Assembly: GCF_006345805.1 (NCBI RefSeq)
Contig: NC_043018.1
Span: 23,560,001-23,624,000, forward strand
DNA length: 64,000 nt
Direction of reading: 5' to 3'
From: Octopus sinensis
Lineage: Eukaryota
Numbering within the stretch: the first letter of the stretch is position 1; each line of letters begins with the position of its first letter. The notes under the pieces are model-generated. The model ran no database searches. It was given only the letters and a program-made list of their open reading frames with translations, and was not told where the DNA came from. The translations under genes were made by a program, and so were the position numbers. This document shows, piece after piece, positions 29,003 to 40,459 of this stretch.

Positions 29003-29005
<3 letters not shown>
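28823..29005 (-). mobile_element. ~200-bp TA-flanked element carrying an atypical hammerhead motif (family H)
   Basis: Same element at 55777-55990, 32798-32945, 47265-47447, 52315-52480 and, inverted, 52680-52860; all or nearly all adjoin (TA)n or other microsatellites. Confidence 0.75.
28899..28936 (-). ncRNA. Minimal type-I hammerhead-like motif (variant core)
   Basis: TCTTT-CTGTCAAA-GAGC atag GCTC-GAAA-CG-TA-AAAGA. Stem I TCTTT/AAAGA, stem II GAGC/GCTC, palindromic ACGT stem III, GUA cleavage triplet. This copy also has G8A. Confidence 0.5.
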
Positions 29006-29052
<47 letters not shown>

Positions 29053-29562
29053 TTATATATATATATGTATGTATGTATGTATATATATATGGAAGAATTT
29101 ACAGTGGTCATGGTTGCATGGTGTTTGATTATAAGTTAAATAAAAAAAAAAATACACATTGTATACAGGACATCACCAACGAGTGAAAAATACGGAAACA
29201 CGCGAGAGATAAGAACAGGACAAAATATCAAAAGAAGATAACTCCTCATCAGTTGTCAGGCTGTTTATTATTATTTGATAAACACAATATGTCTTTTTAT
29301 AAGCAACCAATAGTTTCATGCAACTAAAGCATCAGGCAGCATATTTCTTGCCAAATGGGCAGAGCCCGAGGATCGCATGAAGGCACCAGACATGTTAAAA
29401 AATGCTGTCTGATGTTTTTATTGCATGAAACTATTAGTAGCTTATAAAAATATATATTGTGCTTACTAAATAATATTTATCTCTCACCAAACAGCGTATT
29501 TTTTTTTATTAATCTTACAATCACGGAACAGTACACTATCTATCTATATATATATATATATA

Positions 29563-30420
29563 TAGGGTGCAATGGGTAAATTGTCACCATTTTATATTTT
29601 TAATTTCGTGCATGTGCATTGATTGTTTTTGATTTTGTCAACTACACAGTATAGTAGGGTCAGTTGGGCACCGTCTGTGAGAAAAACAGCACCATGCCAG
29701 AAATTTGGAAATGACATGCTGTACTTCTTGGCATTTGCACTAGAATTTCCAGTACGAACATTTCAGAGTGTTTGGATGTCAATCTAAGGACATGTACCAA
29801 GAGTGATAAAGATCAAACATCCAGTCAACATCATGGTGTTTGGAGTGATCACTAGTAATGGCAACATTATGCCTCCATTCATCTTCCCACATGGCCTCAG
29901 ACTTAATATGGAGGCCTACAGCAAATGCCTGGAGGAGGTAGTGCTGCCCTGGGCTAAGAGGGTGGCTGCTGGAAGATTCTATGTCTGGCAACAGAACTCT
30001 GCACCATATCATACAAGCAGGAGAACCCAGTCATGGTTGTCAGACAATTTCTGTGACCACACTACCCCAAACATTTGGCTACCTAACTCCCCAGACTGCA
30101 ACCCCCTTGATTATTGTGTGTAGGGTGCAGTTGAGTGAGAGACCAACAAAACTCCTTGTAACACCAAAGATGATCTGAAAGCAAGGATTATGGCAGCAGT
30201 CACCAACTTAAACAAGGAGACTGTCCAGAAGATTTACAGGAGATTCTGATGTCTTCTGGAGGCCGAGGTTGAAGCCAATGGCGATTTTATTGAATAAATT
30301 TACTCTTTAGTATTTCAAGATATTTTTATGTATTTTTCGTAAATATATCTGTTAGAATGAAATATCTGTGTTATTTTCATTTTTGTGCAATTTAGGCAAC
30401 AGATTATTCACTACACCCTG
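29563..30420 (+). mobile_element. Internally deleted maT (DD37D) Tc1/mariner transposon
   Basis: TA-flanked TIRs (Y)AGGGTG...CACCCTG. ORF 29803-30123 reads KHPVNIMVFGVITSNG...WQQ(N)SAPYHTS...WLPNSPDCNPLDY, with 37 residues between the second (mutated to N) and third catalytic D. Confidence 0.88.
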
Positions 30421-30567
30421 TACCACACACACACACACATTATCAAAACATATTAGCATATATTACATACTACAATAAGCATATACAATGTATTAGGTCG
30501 AGAAATTAGCATACATAATGTGTTAGCATAAGAAATTAACACAAATAATGTATTAGTATAGGAAACT

Positions 30568-30852
30568 ATTGCAGCGTGGAAGGTGTTGGTAAGCCATTTA
30601 AGAAACACACAAAAGCCGTTCGATTCACTTCAACATTTAAGTTTAATTCGTCAAAATATTTTCGTCGCTAAAATCCGCGACCTGTTCACTGACAAAGGTC
30701 GCGGATTTTAGTGACGAAAATATTTTGACAAATTAAACTTAAATGTTGAAGTGAATCGAACGGCTTTTGTGTGTTTCTTAAATGGCTTACCAACACCTTC
30801 CACGCTGCAATTGTTTTCGTTCCAGCACACGATCTCAGATCAAATCCCTTGC
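30568..30852. mobile_element. Fold-back element with 12-bp target-site duplication
   Basis: Inverted arms of ~115 bp (30568-30683 / ~30696-30811), flanked by the direct repeat TATAGGAAACTA at 30557-30568 and 30853-30864. Confidence 0.85.
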
Positions 30853-31429
30853 TATAGGAAACTAGCATACATGAAATTATATAGTGCATGTGTGTGTGTA
30901 CACACATACAAGTACACATATATACACAAGGTACAATGACTGTGAGATATAGATACTAAATTACTTACCTCAAGGCTGCAAATTCAAATCTTTATTCACA
31001 GTTCACCCGTTGCACACCTTTCCTAAGAATGCTTGTTCCTGTTTATCTTACTACACAAAACCAAAATTCTCTTCAGACTTTCCAATTGAAATGATTAACA
31101 GTAAGAAAAGCAGTCGTGGTGGTGGTGATCGGATGGATCAATGGATAATCCACCCCACTCATGTATGTATGATCCAAACAACAAAAAAAAAAGAGGGAAA
31201 GTTAACTTACCATCCTTGTATTGTAAAATGAGGTGATGAATCCAAAGAAAGGGCGTGGTTTCACTTCACTGGTGAGTCATACTGGCTATAGTGTGACCTC
31301 GGTGTAGAGCAGCAGAAATTTGTTAAGGTAGAATGGTTACAAGGGGCACTGGCTGATGAGAATCAGTGAGCTGAGAATACTGTTGATGGTCAAACGGCTT
31401 TGGTCAGATGTGGATGAGTGTATTGTTTA

Positions 31430-31567
31430 TTGTGTGTGTGTGTGTGTGTGAGTGTATGTGTTGAGTAAGTGTGTGCGTGAGTGAGTGGGTATGGTGAGTG
31501 TAAGAATGTGTTGTGTGTGTGTGTGTGTGTGAGTATGGTGAGTGTAAGAATGTGTTGTGTGTGTGTG

Positions 31568-31600
<33 letters not shown>

Positions 31601-32000
31601 TATGAGTATGGTGAGTAAGAATGTGTTGTGTGTGTGAGTATGGTGAGTGTAAGAATGTGTTGTGCGTGTGTGTGAGTATGGTGAGTGTAAGAATGTGTTG
31701 TGTGTGTGTGTGTGAGCATAGTGAGTGTAAGAATGTATTGTGTGTGTGTGTATGATGAACGTATGTGTTGAGTAAGTGTGTGCGTGAGTGAGTGGGTATG
31801 GTGAGTGTAAGAATGTGTTGTGTGTGTGTGAGTATGGTGTGTGTAAGAATGTGTTGAGAAAGTGTGAGAGAAAGTGAGTGAGTATGGTGAGTGTAAGAAG
31901 GTGTTGAGTGTGTGTGTGTGTTGTGTGAGTGAGTATGGTGAGTGTAAAAATGTGTTGAGTGAGTGTGTGAGAGAGAGAGAGAGAGTGTGTGTGCATATCA
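31430..32000 (+). repeat. Compound minisatellite GAGTATGGTGAGTGTAAGAATGTGTTG(TG)n, about a dozen copies
   Basis: Recurrent fixed block separated by variable (TG)n. The His/Thr-rich ORFs on - are artefacts. Confidence 0.9.
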
Positions 32001-32264
32001 GTGACTGTGTGTATGTGTGTGTAAATGTGTGGAGCTCAGTGTGAATGAGTGTATGTGCATGTGCAAATGACTGAACAAGCAGCTGTATGCATGTGAGTGA
32101 GTGTGAGTGTGTGTGTGTGTGTGTGTGAGTGAATGAGTTAGTGCAAGCGTGTGTATGATACTGTGTGAATGAGCAAGTGACTACATATGTGTGTGTATGT
32201 GCCCTGTGAGTGAATTTGGTAGACAGAATTTGTGTGGAAGTACACCATAAAGATATTTATACAT

Positions 32265-32299
<35 letters not shown>

Positions 32300-32309
32300 C
32301 TTTATTTAA

Positions 32310-32423
32310 AGCAGCAGAAAATTCAACAAAATCTGTTACTCTGAGTTTCTCGTTGCCGTTCGTCATCTGCTGAACGGCAACGAGAAACTCAGAGTAACAG
32401 ATTTTGTTGAATTTTCTGCTGCT
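32310..32423. repeat. Perfect 52-bp inverted repeat with 10-nt loop
   Basis: 32310-32361 is the exact reverse complement of 32372-32423; (TA)n lies on both sides. Confidence 0.95.
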
Positions 32424-32472
32424 ATTTGAGTACTCTTTTTTTCCACCTTGTTTCACATTTATGTGTTTACTC

Positions 32473-32545
<73 letters not shown>

Positions 32546-32952
32546 TAATAATATATAAGAATAAAATCTGTATAAGAATTTATCAAGTAGCCAGCATGGA
32601 AAACCAGTTCAGGAAAAAATTAATACAAAATATACTATTTTTCTCTTCATATATAAATACATTCATTATATTAAGGGCTATTACCACATGTAAGTGCTTC
32701 ACGCTGTTATGGGTGTCAGAGTCCCATAGCAGTGTGAGGCATTTACATGTAGTAATAGACCTTAATATAATGAATGAATGAATGAATGGATGGATGGAAT
32801 TTATAGAAAAACAAAAGACAGGTTTATGAACGACAAGAAGGTGTATTAGTTTGATACTTGGGGAAGTGAAAAATGAAGTTTTTTATGTTTTGAGCCTCTG
32901 CTCTTCAGCAGAAAGGAATGAAGGGAAAAAACCAGAGAGAATGATGTATGTA

Positions 32953-32993
<41 letters not shown>

Positions 32994-33658
32994 TTCAAAA
33001 TAGAAAATTACCCTTTAACAGGTAATTTTTACATGTACCTGTTAAAGGGTAATTTTCTAGTTTGAAATATGAATATGTTGTCTATTGACTATTTATACAT
33101 GCTGGGCCACTGGTGATGATATTTATAACAAATATTTGCCACCCTATATATCATCATCATCATCATCATCATCATCATTTAACGTCCGCTTTCCATGCTA
33201 GCATGGGTTGGACGGTTCAACTGGGGTCTGGGGAGCCCGAAGGCTGCACCAGGCCAGTCAGATCTGGCAGTGTTTCTACAGCTAGATGCCCTTCCTAATG
33301 CCAACCACTCCGAGAGTGTAGTAGGTGATTTTATGTGCCACCGACACAGGTGCCAGACGAGGCTGGCGAACGGCCATGCTCGGATGGTGTTTTTTATGTG
33401 CCACCGACACAGGTGCCAGACGAGGCTCGCAGACAGCCACGCTCGGATGGTGTTTTTATGTGCCACCGACACAGGTGCCAGATGAGGCTCGCGAACGGCC
33501 ACGATCGGATGGTGTTTGTTACGTGCCCACAGCACGGAGGCCAGTCGATGCGGTACTGGCTATGGCCACGTTCGGATGGTTTTCTTGTGTGCCACCGGCA
33601 CTGGTACCACAAAGATACAAATTCCATTGATGTTCATCTATTTTGATTTGTCGGCCTA

Positions 33659-33694
<36 letters not shown>

Positions 33695-34102
33695 TATAGA
33701 TAGGGTACTACATGTAGCACCAGCAGGCTAAAATTAGCACTCAAAAGAATTCAAAACCACAGTTTTCACTTGTACACAAGGGCAAAATCAAGTGAACAAC
33801 GAATAAAATTTTAAGACCCTGTATCATAGATGAGAAGAATTGAAAATGCAAATCATTTTTGATTCTTTTTACTGCTCGTTCCCCCAATTTCCCCCTTGTG
33901 TACAAGTGAAAACTGGTTTTGAGTAGTTTTGACAGTTATTTTTAGCATGCTGGGGATACATGTACTAACCTTCATTATTAATTAATAATTTTGCCTTTAA
34001 GATTCTTTTAAGCATGCTAGCCACTGATATTATTGTGAATTATTAACAATAATATCCTTATATATTTTGATATAATAATATAATAATATATAATAATATA
34101 TC

Positions 34103-36161
34103 ATTATCATCATCGTTTAACGTCCATTTTCCATGCTAGCATGGGTTGGACAATTTGACTGAGGAATGGCGAACCAGATGGCAGCACCAGGATCCAATCT
34201 GATCTGGCAGAGTTTCCACAGCTGGATGCCCTTGCTAACGCCAACCACTCCGAGAGTGTAGTGGGTGCTTTTACGTGCCGCTGGCACGAGGGCCAGTCAG
34301 GCAGTACTGGCAACGGCCATGCTCAAAAGGTGCTTTTTATGTGCCACCTGCACAGGAGCCAGTCCAGCGGCACTGGCAGCAACCTCACTCGAATGTTTTG
34401 TTCAAGTGCCGGTAAGGTGAAGTTGGTAACGATCACGCTCAAATGGTGCTTTTTACGTACCACTGGCATAGAAGCCAGACAGCTACTCTGGCAGTGATCC
34501 TGCTCATATAGAGCTGTTAGTGCTCCACTGGCATAGATGCCAGTCATCGAATTTGGTTCAATTTCAATTACATTTGCTCCAACAGGTCTTCGCAAGCAGA
34601 GTTTAGTATCCGATGAAGGAAGGTGTGCCAGTCGTCGAATTTGGTTCGATTATGAATTCGATTTCACTTCCCTCAACAGGTCTTTGCAAGCAGAAATTTG
34701 TGTTCAAAGAAGAAAAGGTATGCATAAGTGGGCTGGCTACACCCCTGGTAAAGGCGATGGGTTATGGTCTCACTTGTCTTGCCGGGTCTTCTCATGCACA
34801 GCATATTTCCAAAGTTCTTGGTCTCTAGTCATTGCTTCGGTGAGGCCTAATGTTTGAAGGTCATGCTTCACCACCTCATCCTACGTCTACTTCTTCCACA
34901 GGTTCCCTCAACTGCTAGGGTGTGGCACTTTTTCACACAGTTATCCTCATCCATTCTCGCCACATGAACATACCAACGCAGTCTCCTTTGCACACCACAT
35001 CTGATGCTTCTAAGGTCTAACTTTTCTCTCAAGATACTTACACTCTGTTGAATATGCACACTGACATTACACATCCATCGGAGCATACAGGCTTCATTCC
35101 TTGTGAGCTTATGCATGTCCTCAGTAGTCACAGCCCATGTTTCACTGCCATGTAGCATGGTTGTTCGTACACATGCATCATACAATCTACCTTTTACTCT
35201 GAGCGAGAGGCCCTTTGTCACCAGTAGAGGTAAGAGCTCTCTGAACTTTGCCCAGGCTATTCTTATTCTAGCAGTTACACTTTCAGCACATCCGACCTCA
35301 CTACTGACTTGGTCACCTAGGTAATGGAAGCTATCAACTACTTCTAGTTTTTCTCCCTGGAATGTGGCAGAAGTTGTTCTCTGCATATTTTCAGTGTTTA
35401 TTACTCTTGAGCATCTGCCACATGCAAAAACTATCTTCCCAGTTAGCCTTCCTTTGACAATGCTGCACCTCTTACGTGTCCATAGCTTACACTGGGTACA
35501 TCTTATAGAGTTTCTACATACGCCTTTTCTACAGATCAAGCAGGGCCATCTACCTTCCTACTTATTAGGACTTTGGTTTTAGCTAGGTTGACTCTAAGGC
35601 CCTTCGATTCTAATCCTTGCTTCCACACCTGAAACTTCTCCTCTGGTTCTGATAGTGACTCAGCAATTAGAGCAAGGTCATCAGCATAGAGGAGTTCCCA
35701 GGGACATTCTGTCTTGAATTCCTCTGTTATTGCCTGGAGGACTATGATAAATAGGAGGAGGACTGAACCATAGTGGTCCCCTACTTCTACCCAGAATTCT
35801 TCACTGTACTCGTTGTCAACCCTCACCTTACTGACAGTGTGCATGTACATGGCTCGCACAGCTCTCACTAACCATTCATCTATCCCTAGTTTCCTCATTG
35901 ACCATCAGATAAGGGATCGGGGCACCTTGTCAAAGGCTTTCTCCATGTCAACGAAAGCCAGGTACAGAGGTTTATCTTTGGTTAAGTACCTTCATTACCT
36001 GATGCAAGAACTTGATACCCCTGTAATCATTTGTATCTAAAGTGTAACCTTACCTTTGTAGCAGTTGACTATGGTGCTGCTACACCAGTCATTGGGTATG
36101 ATTCCTTCATGTATCACCTGGTTAACAATACGAGTGACTAGGCTATAGCCAACACTGCCAG
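34103..36161 (-). mobile_element. 5'-truncated RTE-clade LINE (RT domain plus 3' tail), frameshifted
   Basis: LYLAFVDMEKAFD, ELLYADDLALIAES, GLRVNLAKTKV, Cys-rich CRNSIRCTQCKLW, AWAKFRELLPLL, LYDACVRTTMLHGSETW; internal deletion near 35990; (ATG)n tail at 34103. Confidence 0.93.
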
Positions 36162-36538
36162 ATATATATATATCATCATCATCATCATCGTTAAACGTCC
36201 ATTCTCCATGCTAGCATGGGTTGGACAGTTCGACCGGGGATCGGGGAAGCCAGAAGGCTGCACCAGGCTCCGGTCTTATCTGGCAATGTCTCTACAGCTG
36301 AATGCCCTTCCTAACGCCAACCACTCCGTGAGTGTAGTGGGTGCTTTTTACGTGCCACCTGCACTGGTGCCAGGCGAGGCTGACATCGGCCACGGTCGGA
36401 TTGGTGCATTTTACGTGCCACCTGCACGGAAGCCAGTCGAGACGGCACTGGCTTCGGCCACGATTCGGATGGTGCTTTTTACGTGCCACCAACACGGAAG
36501 CCAGTCGAGGCGGCGCTAGCATCAGCCACGATTCAGAT

Positions 36539-36733
36539 AATTATAAATAAGAACAAAAGAAGGAAATTTCCTATGCCAATATGCTGAAAAAATAGACTTT
36601 AGATTGTCTAACCACATATAATATTTTTCACTGTATTTATAGTGAAAAATATTGTATGTGGCTAGACGATCTAAAGTCTATTTTTCAGCATATTGGCATA
36701 GGAAATTTCCTTCTTTTGTTCTTATTTATAATT
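36539..36733. repeat. Fold-back element (arms ~93 bp)
   Basis: AATTATAAATAAGAACAAAAGAAGG...TTTTTCACT / AGTGAAAAA...CCTTCTTTTGTTCTTATTTATAATT with a tiny loop. Confidence 0.92.
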
Positions 36734-37310
36734 GTTTATAATTTTCACCTTCAAAGGTATTTTAATATGCTGGCTGCTGATAAGACCTTTTTGAAAAATT
36801 TTGTCCTTATATTAGAAGTATATATATATATATATAAAAATACAAAATGGGACAAGAACGCAAAACATCCAGAAGATGATACAAAAAACACACGACGGGT
36901 CATTCAAAGCCTTTAATTTTCAGTCAAGAATTGGATCATCCTCGCAATTTCGGCTGATTAATCTTGAGATTGCTCCAATCTGGCCAGCCCCAAGGAAAAA
37001 CTAAGCTAAGAGCATTAGATTCCTAGGAAAAAAGCTTCGAATGTACACGAAACAAGGATGGAAAAACGGACGATGTTACACGAATATAAATACAAAAATA
37101 ATACGTAAAAACAACAATAATAATAATAACAGGACATCACAACAGGCGTCTTTCGACTGGAAACGAACTGAATTCAGCTGGCATGTTAGGAATTTAAGCC
37201 TTAGGGCAGAAGAAATGTGTTGATGTTGCTCGACTGCTGCCAAACCCAAAAAGGCCAGTTGTCAGAGAAGAGAAGAGAGAGGAAAAGAGGAACAAAGGAA
37301 TTAAGGAGGG

Positions 37311-37354
<44 letters not shown>

Positions 37355-37671
37355 GTGAGAAAAAGGGAGAGACGGGGACAAAGTGAAGTGCAAAGTAAGA
37401 AAGGCAAAGAAATGTAAGTGAGCGGGGAGAGAGAGTGTTGTAGAAGTCATACAAAGTTTAGTGAAATGTGTACTTACATATAAGAGAACATAGTGTACGT
37501 ACACCGCTATATATATGTATATATATAAATAAAAATATACAAAATGGGACAAGAACGCAAAACATCCAGAAGACGATACAAAAAACACGGACAGGTCATT
37601 TGAAACCTTTAATCTTCAGTCAAGAACCGGATGATCCTCACAATTTCAGCTGTGGCCAGATTGGAGTAATC

Positions 37672-38800
37672 TCAAGTGTGCTGAAAGTGTAACTGCTAGA
37701 ATAAGAATAGCCTGGGAAAAGTTCATAGAGATCTTACCTCTGCTGGTGACAAAGGGCCTCTCGCTCAGAGTAAAAGGCAGACTGTATGACGCATGTGTAT
37801 GAACAGCCATGCTACATGGCAGTGAAACGTGGGCTGTGACTACTGAGGACATGCGTAAGCTCACAAGGAATGAAGCCAGTATGCTCCGACGGATGTGTAA
37901 TGTCAGTGTGCATACTCGACAGAGTGTTAGTACCTTGAGAGAAAAGTTAGACCTTAGAAGCATCAGATGTGGTGTGCAAGAGAGACGACTGCACTGGTAC
38001 CGCCATGTGGCGAGAATGGATGTGGATAGCTGTGTGAAAAAGAGCCACACCCTAGCGGTTGAGGAAACCTGTGGAAGAGGTAGACCCAGGAAGACCTGGT
38101 GAAGCATGACCTTCAAACATTGGGCCTCACCAAGGCAATGACTAGTGACCAGGACCTTTGGAAATATACCGTGCTTTAGAAGACTCAGCAAGCTCAAGTG
38201 AGACCATAACCTTGTGGCCTTTTCCAGGGGTGTAACTAGCCCACTTATGCATACCTTTCCATCATTGGACACTAAACTCTGCTTGCAGAGACCTGCTGAG
38301 GCAAGTGAAATCGAAATCAAATTCGATGACTGGCATCTGTGCTAGGGGAGCGCTAAGAGTACCATATGAGCTTGATCATTGCCAGAGCAATAAGCTGGCC
38401 TCCGGTGCCATGTAAAAAAAAAAATCGAGCGTGATCATTACCTGCGTTGCCTTACTGGCACTTATGCTGGTGGCATGTGAAAAAACATCCGAGCGAGGTT
38501 GTTGCCACTGCTGCTGGACTGGCTCCTGTGTAGGTGGCACATAAAAAGCACCTTTTGAGCATGGCCATTGCCAGTACTGCCTGACTGGCCCTCGTGCCAG
38601 TGGCATGTAAAAGCACCCACTAAACTCTCGGAGTGGTTGGCGTTAGGAAAGACATCCAACTGTAGAAACTCTGCCAGATCAGATTGGAGTCTGGTGCAGC
38701 CATCTGGTTCGCCAGACCTCAGTCAAATCATCCAACCCATGCTAACATGGAAAGCAGACGTTAAACAATGATGATGATGATGATGATGATGGTGATGATG
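37672..38800 (+). mobile_element. 5'-truncated RTE LINE copy
   Basis: MLHGSETWAVTTEDMRKL...LRSIRCGVQERRLHWY..HVARM...GRGRPRKTW, then the same 3' UTR and (ATG)n tail as the 34103 copy. Confidence 0.92.
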
Positions 38801-39301
38801 ATATTAGAAGAAATAAGGTACTCAGAAATCTGGATGGTTTTATATTTACAGATTTTTATTAATATGTCACATGTTTTTATAAATCATATATTAGCGCTAG
38901 CATCCACTTTAGTGGATTCTTCAGATTGAATTTTTTCAGATTTGTCTCTTTTTATAATATTATTGAGTGTGTAGGGGTGGAGAGAGATATAGGTTAGTAA
39001 AAGAGGGTGATATGTGTGTGTGTGTGTTTGCATCTTTATGCTTGTTGCTTGTGTTTGCCCTCCCTGCCGCTGCCTACCACTTCATAGTTGGAGCTAGTTT
39101 GTTTATGCCCCATGACTGGTAGTTTGGCAAAAGAAATTGACAATGAGTACAAGAATTAAAAATATTAATTCTGGGATCAATTGTTTGACTAAATAAACCT
39201 TTGAAAGGGGTGCCCCCACATGGCTGGAGTTCAATGGCCGAAACAAGCAGAAGGTAGAAAGTGCACACCAGTTCTGCATTATGAAAAATATGAAAGGATA
39301 C

Positions 39302-39446
39302 AAGCCGAAATTTGAAGCACCAACGATGTTTTCTCTGTGACAATACATAAATTATATTTCAAATTGATGCCACCTTCATATTTCTCAGTTAGAGCCGCAG
39401 GAATGTGGAGTCTGACTGTCAATTTCTCTTGGAGGCCAGCAGCAAT
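39302..39446 (-). CDS. SPAG17: SPAG17-like exon
   Basis: gcag|ATT acceptor, phase 0. IAAGLQEKLTVRLHIPAA...NLCIVTEKTSLVLQISA continues GP|VAAG as recalled for the SPAG17 C-terminus. The 3' boundary is uncertain: either a GTATCCTTT donor at 39301 or read-through to the stop at 39279. Confidence 0.8.
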
Positions 39447-40228
39447 CTGCATTGATAAACAATAAAAAAAAGAAATTAAACACACAATAGATACTTACTT
39501 TAAACTAATTACAATGCAACATCAAGGAATATGAGACATTTTGGCTCAGCATTTGTGGAACTGCTTATTTGGCATTGCAATTTCAACACTGGTTCATTTG
39601 ACATCAAACCTTCTAAAGCTTTCTAGTTTCTTGCTCTTTAACTCTCTCTCTCTCTCTCTCTCCTCCACCTTCCCTCTCTCTTTCTCTGTGTTCATGGGTG
39701 TGAGCATATTTCTCTCTTTGTGTCTGAAGAGAGGGAAACTGTTTATGTCAACCGTATTCAATTAATAACTTGTAATGTCTCTTCTCCTCCTCCCCCTCTC
39801 TCTCTCTCTGTATTCTTTTGTTATTTTACTTGTTTAAGTCACTTGACTGTGGCCATGCTGGAGCACTGCCTTAAAGGGTTTCAGTCAAAGAAATCGACCC
39901 TAGGACTTATTCTTTTGAAGCCTGGTATTTATTCTATCAGTCACTTTTGCTGAACTGCTAAGCTATGGGGATGCAAACACACCAACACTGGCCATCAAGT
40001 GATGATAGTGAGACAGAGATATAAAGACACGCACATAATAACTATATATACATATATACACACACACACACACCACACACACACACACAATGTGCTTTTT
40101 CCAGTTTCCTTCTATTAAACCCTCTCACAAAGCTTTGCTCAGCCTGTGACTATAGTAGAAGACACTTGCCCAAGGTGTCAAATAGTGGGATTGAACCTGA
40201 ACCATGTGGCTGCAAAGCAAGCTTCTTA

Positions 40229-40459
40229 TTTCTTTGTTGCCCACAAGGGACTAAACATAGAGGGAACAAACAAGGACAGACAAAGGGATTAAGTCGAATA
40301 CATCGACCCCAGTGCGTAACTGGTGCGTAATTAATCGATCCCGAAAGGATGAAAGGCAAAGTCGACCTCGGCGGGATTTGAACTCACAACGTAACGACAG
40401 ACAAAATACGGCTACGCATTTCGCCCGGTGTGCTAACGTTTCTGCCAGCTCGCCGCCTT
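40229..40459 (-). mobile_element. Family-B SINE nested in a family-A SINE
   Basis: A full family-B copy interrupts the family-A head; CTTCTTA is duplicated on both sides. Confidence 0.85.

Noticed and set aside
31390-31996. His/Thr-rich protein or CRISPR-like repeat-spacer array
   Set aside because: The spacers are just (TG)n; it is a compound minisatellite.
33195-33646. Multiple overlapping ~100-aa ORFs with repeats (also 60550-61017 and 43421-43966)
   Set aside because: GC-rich internal repeats of the non-coding RTE 3' tail.
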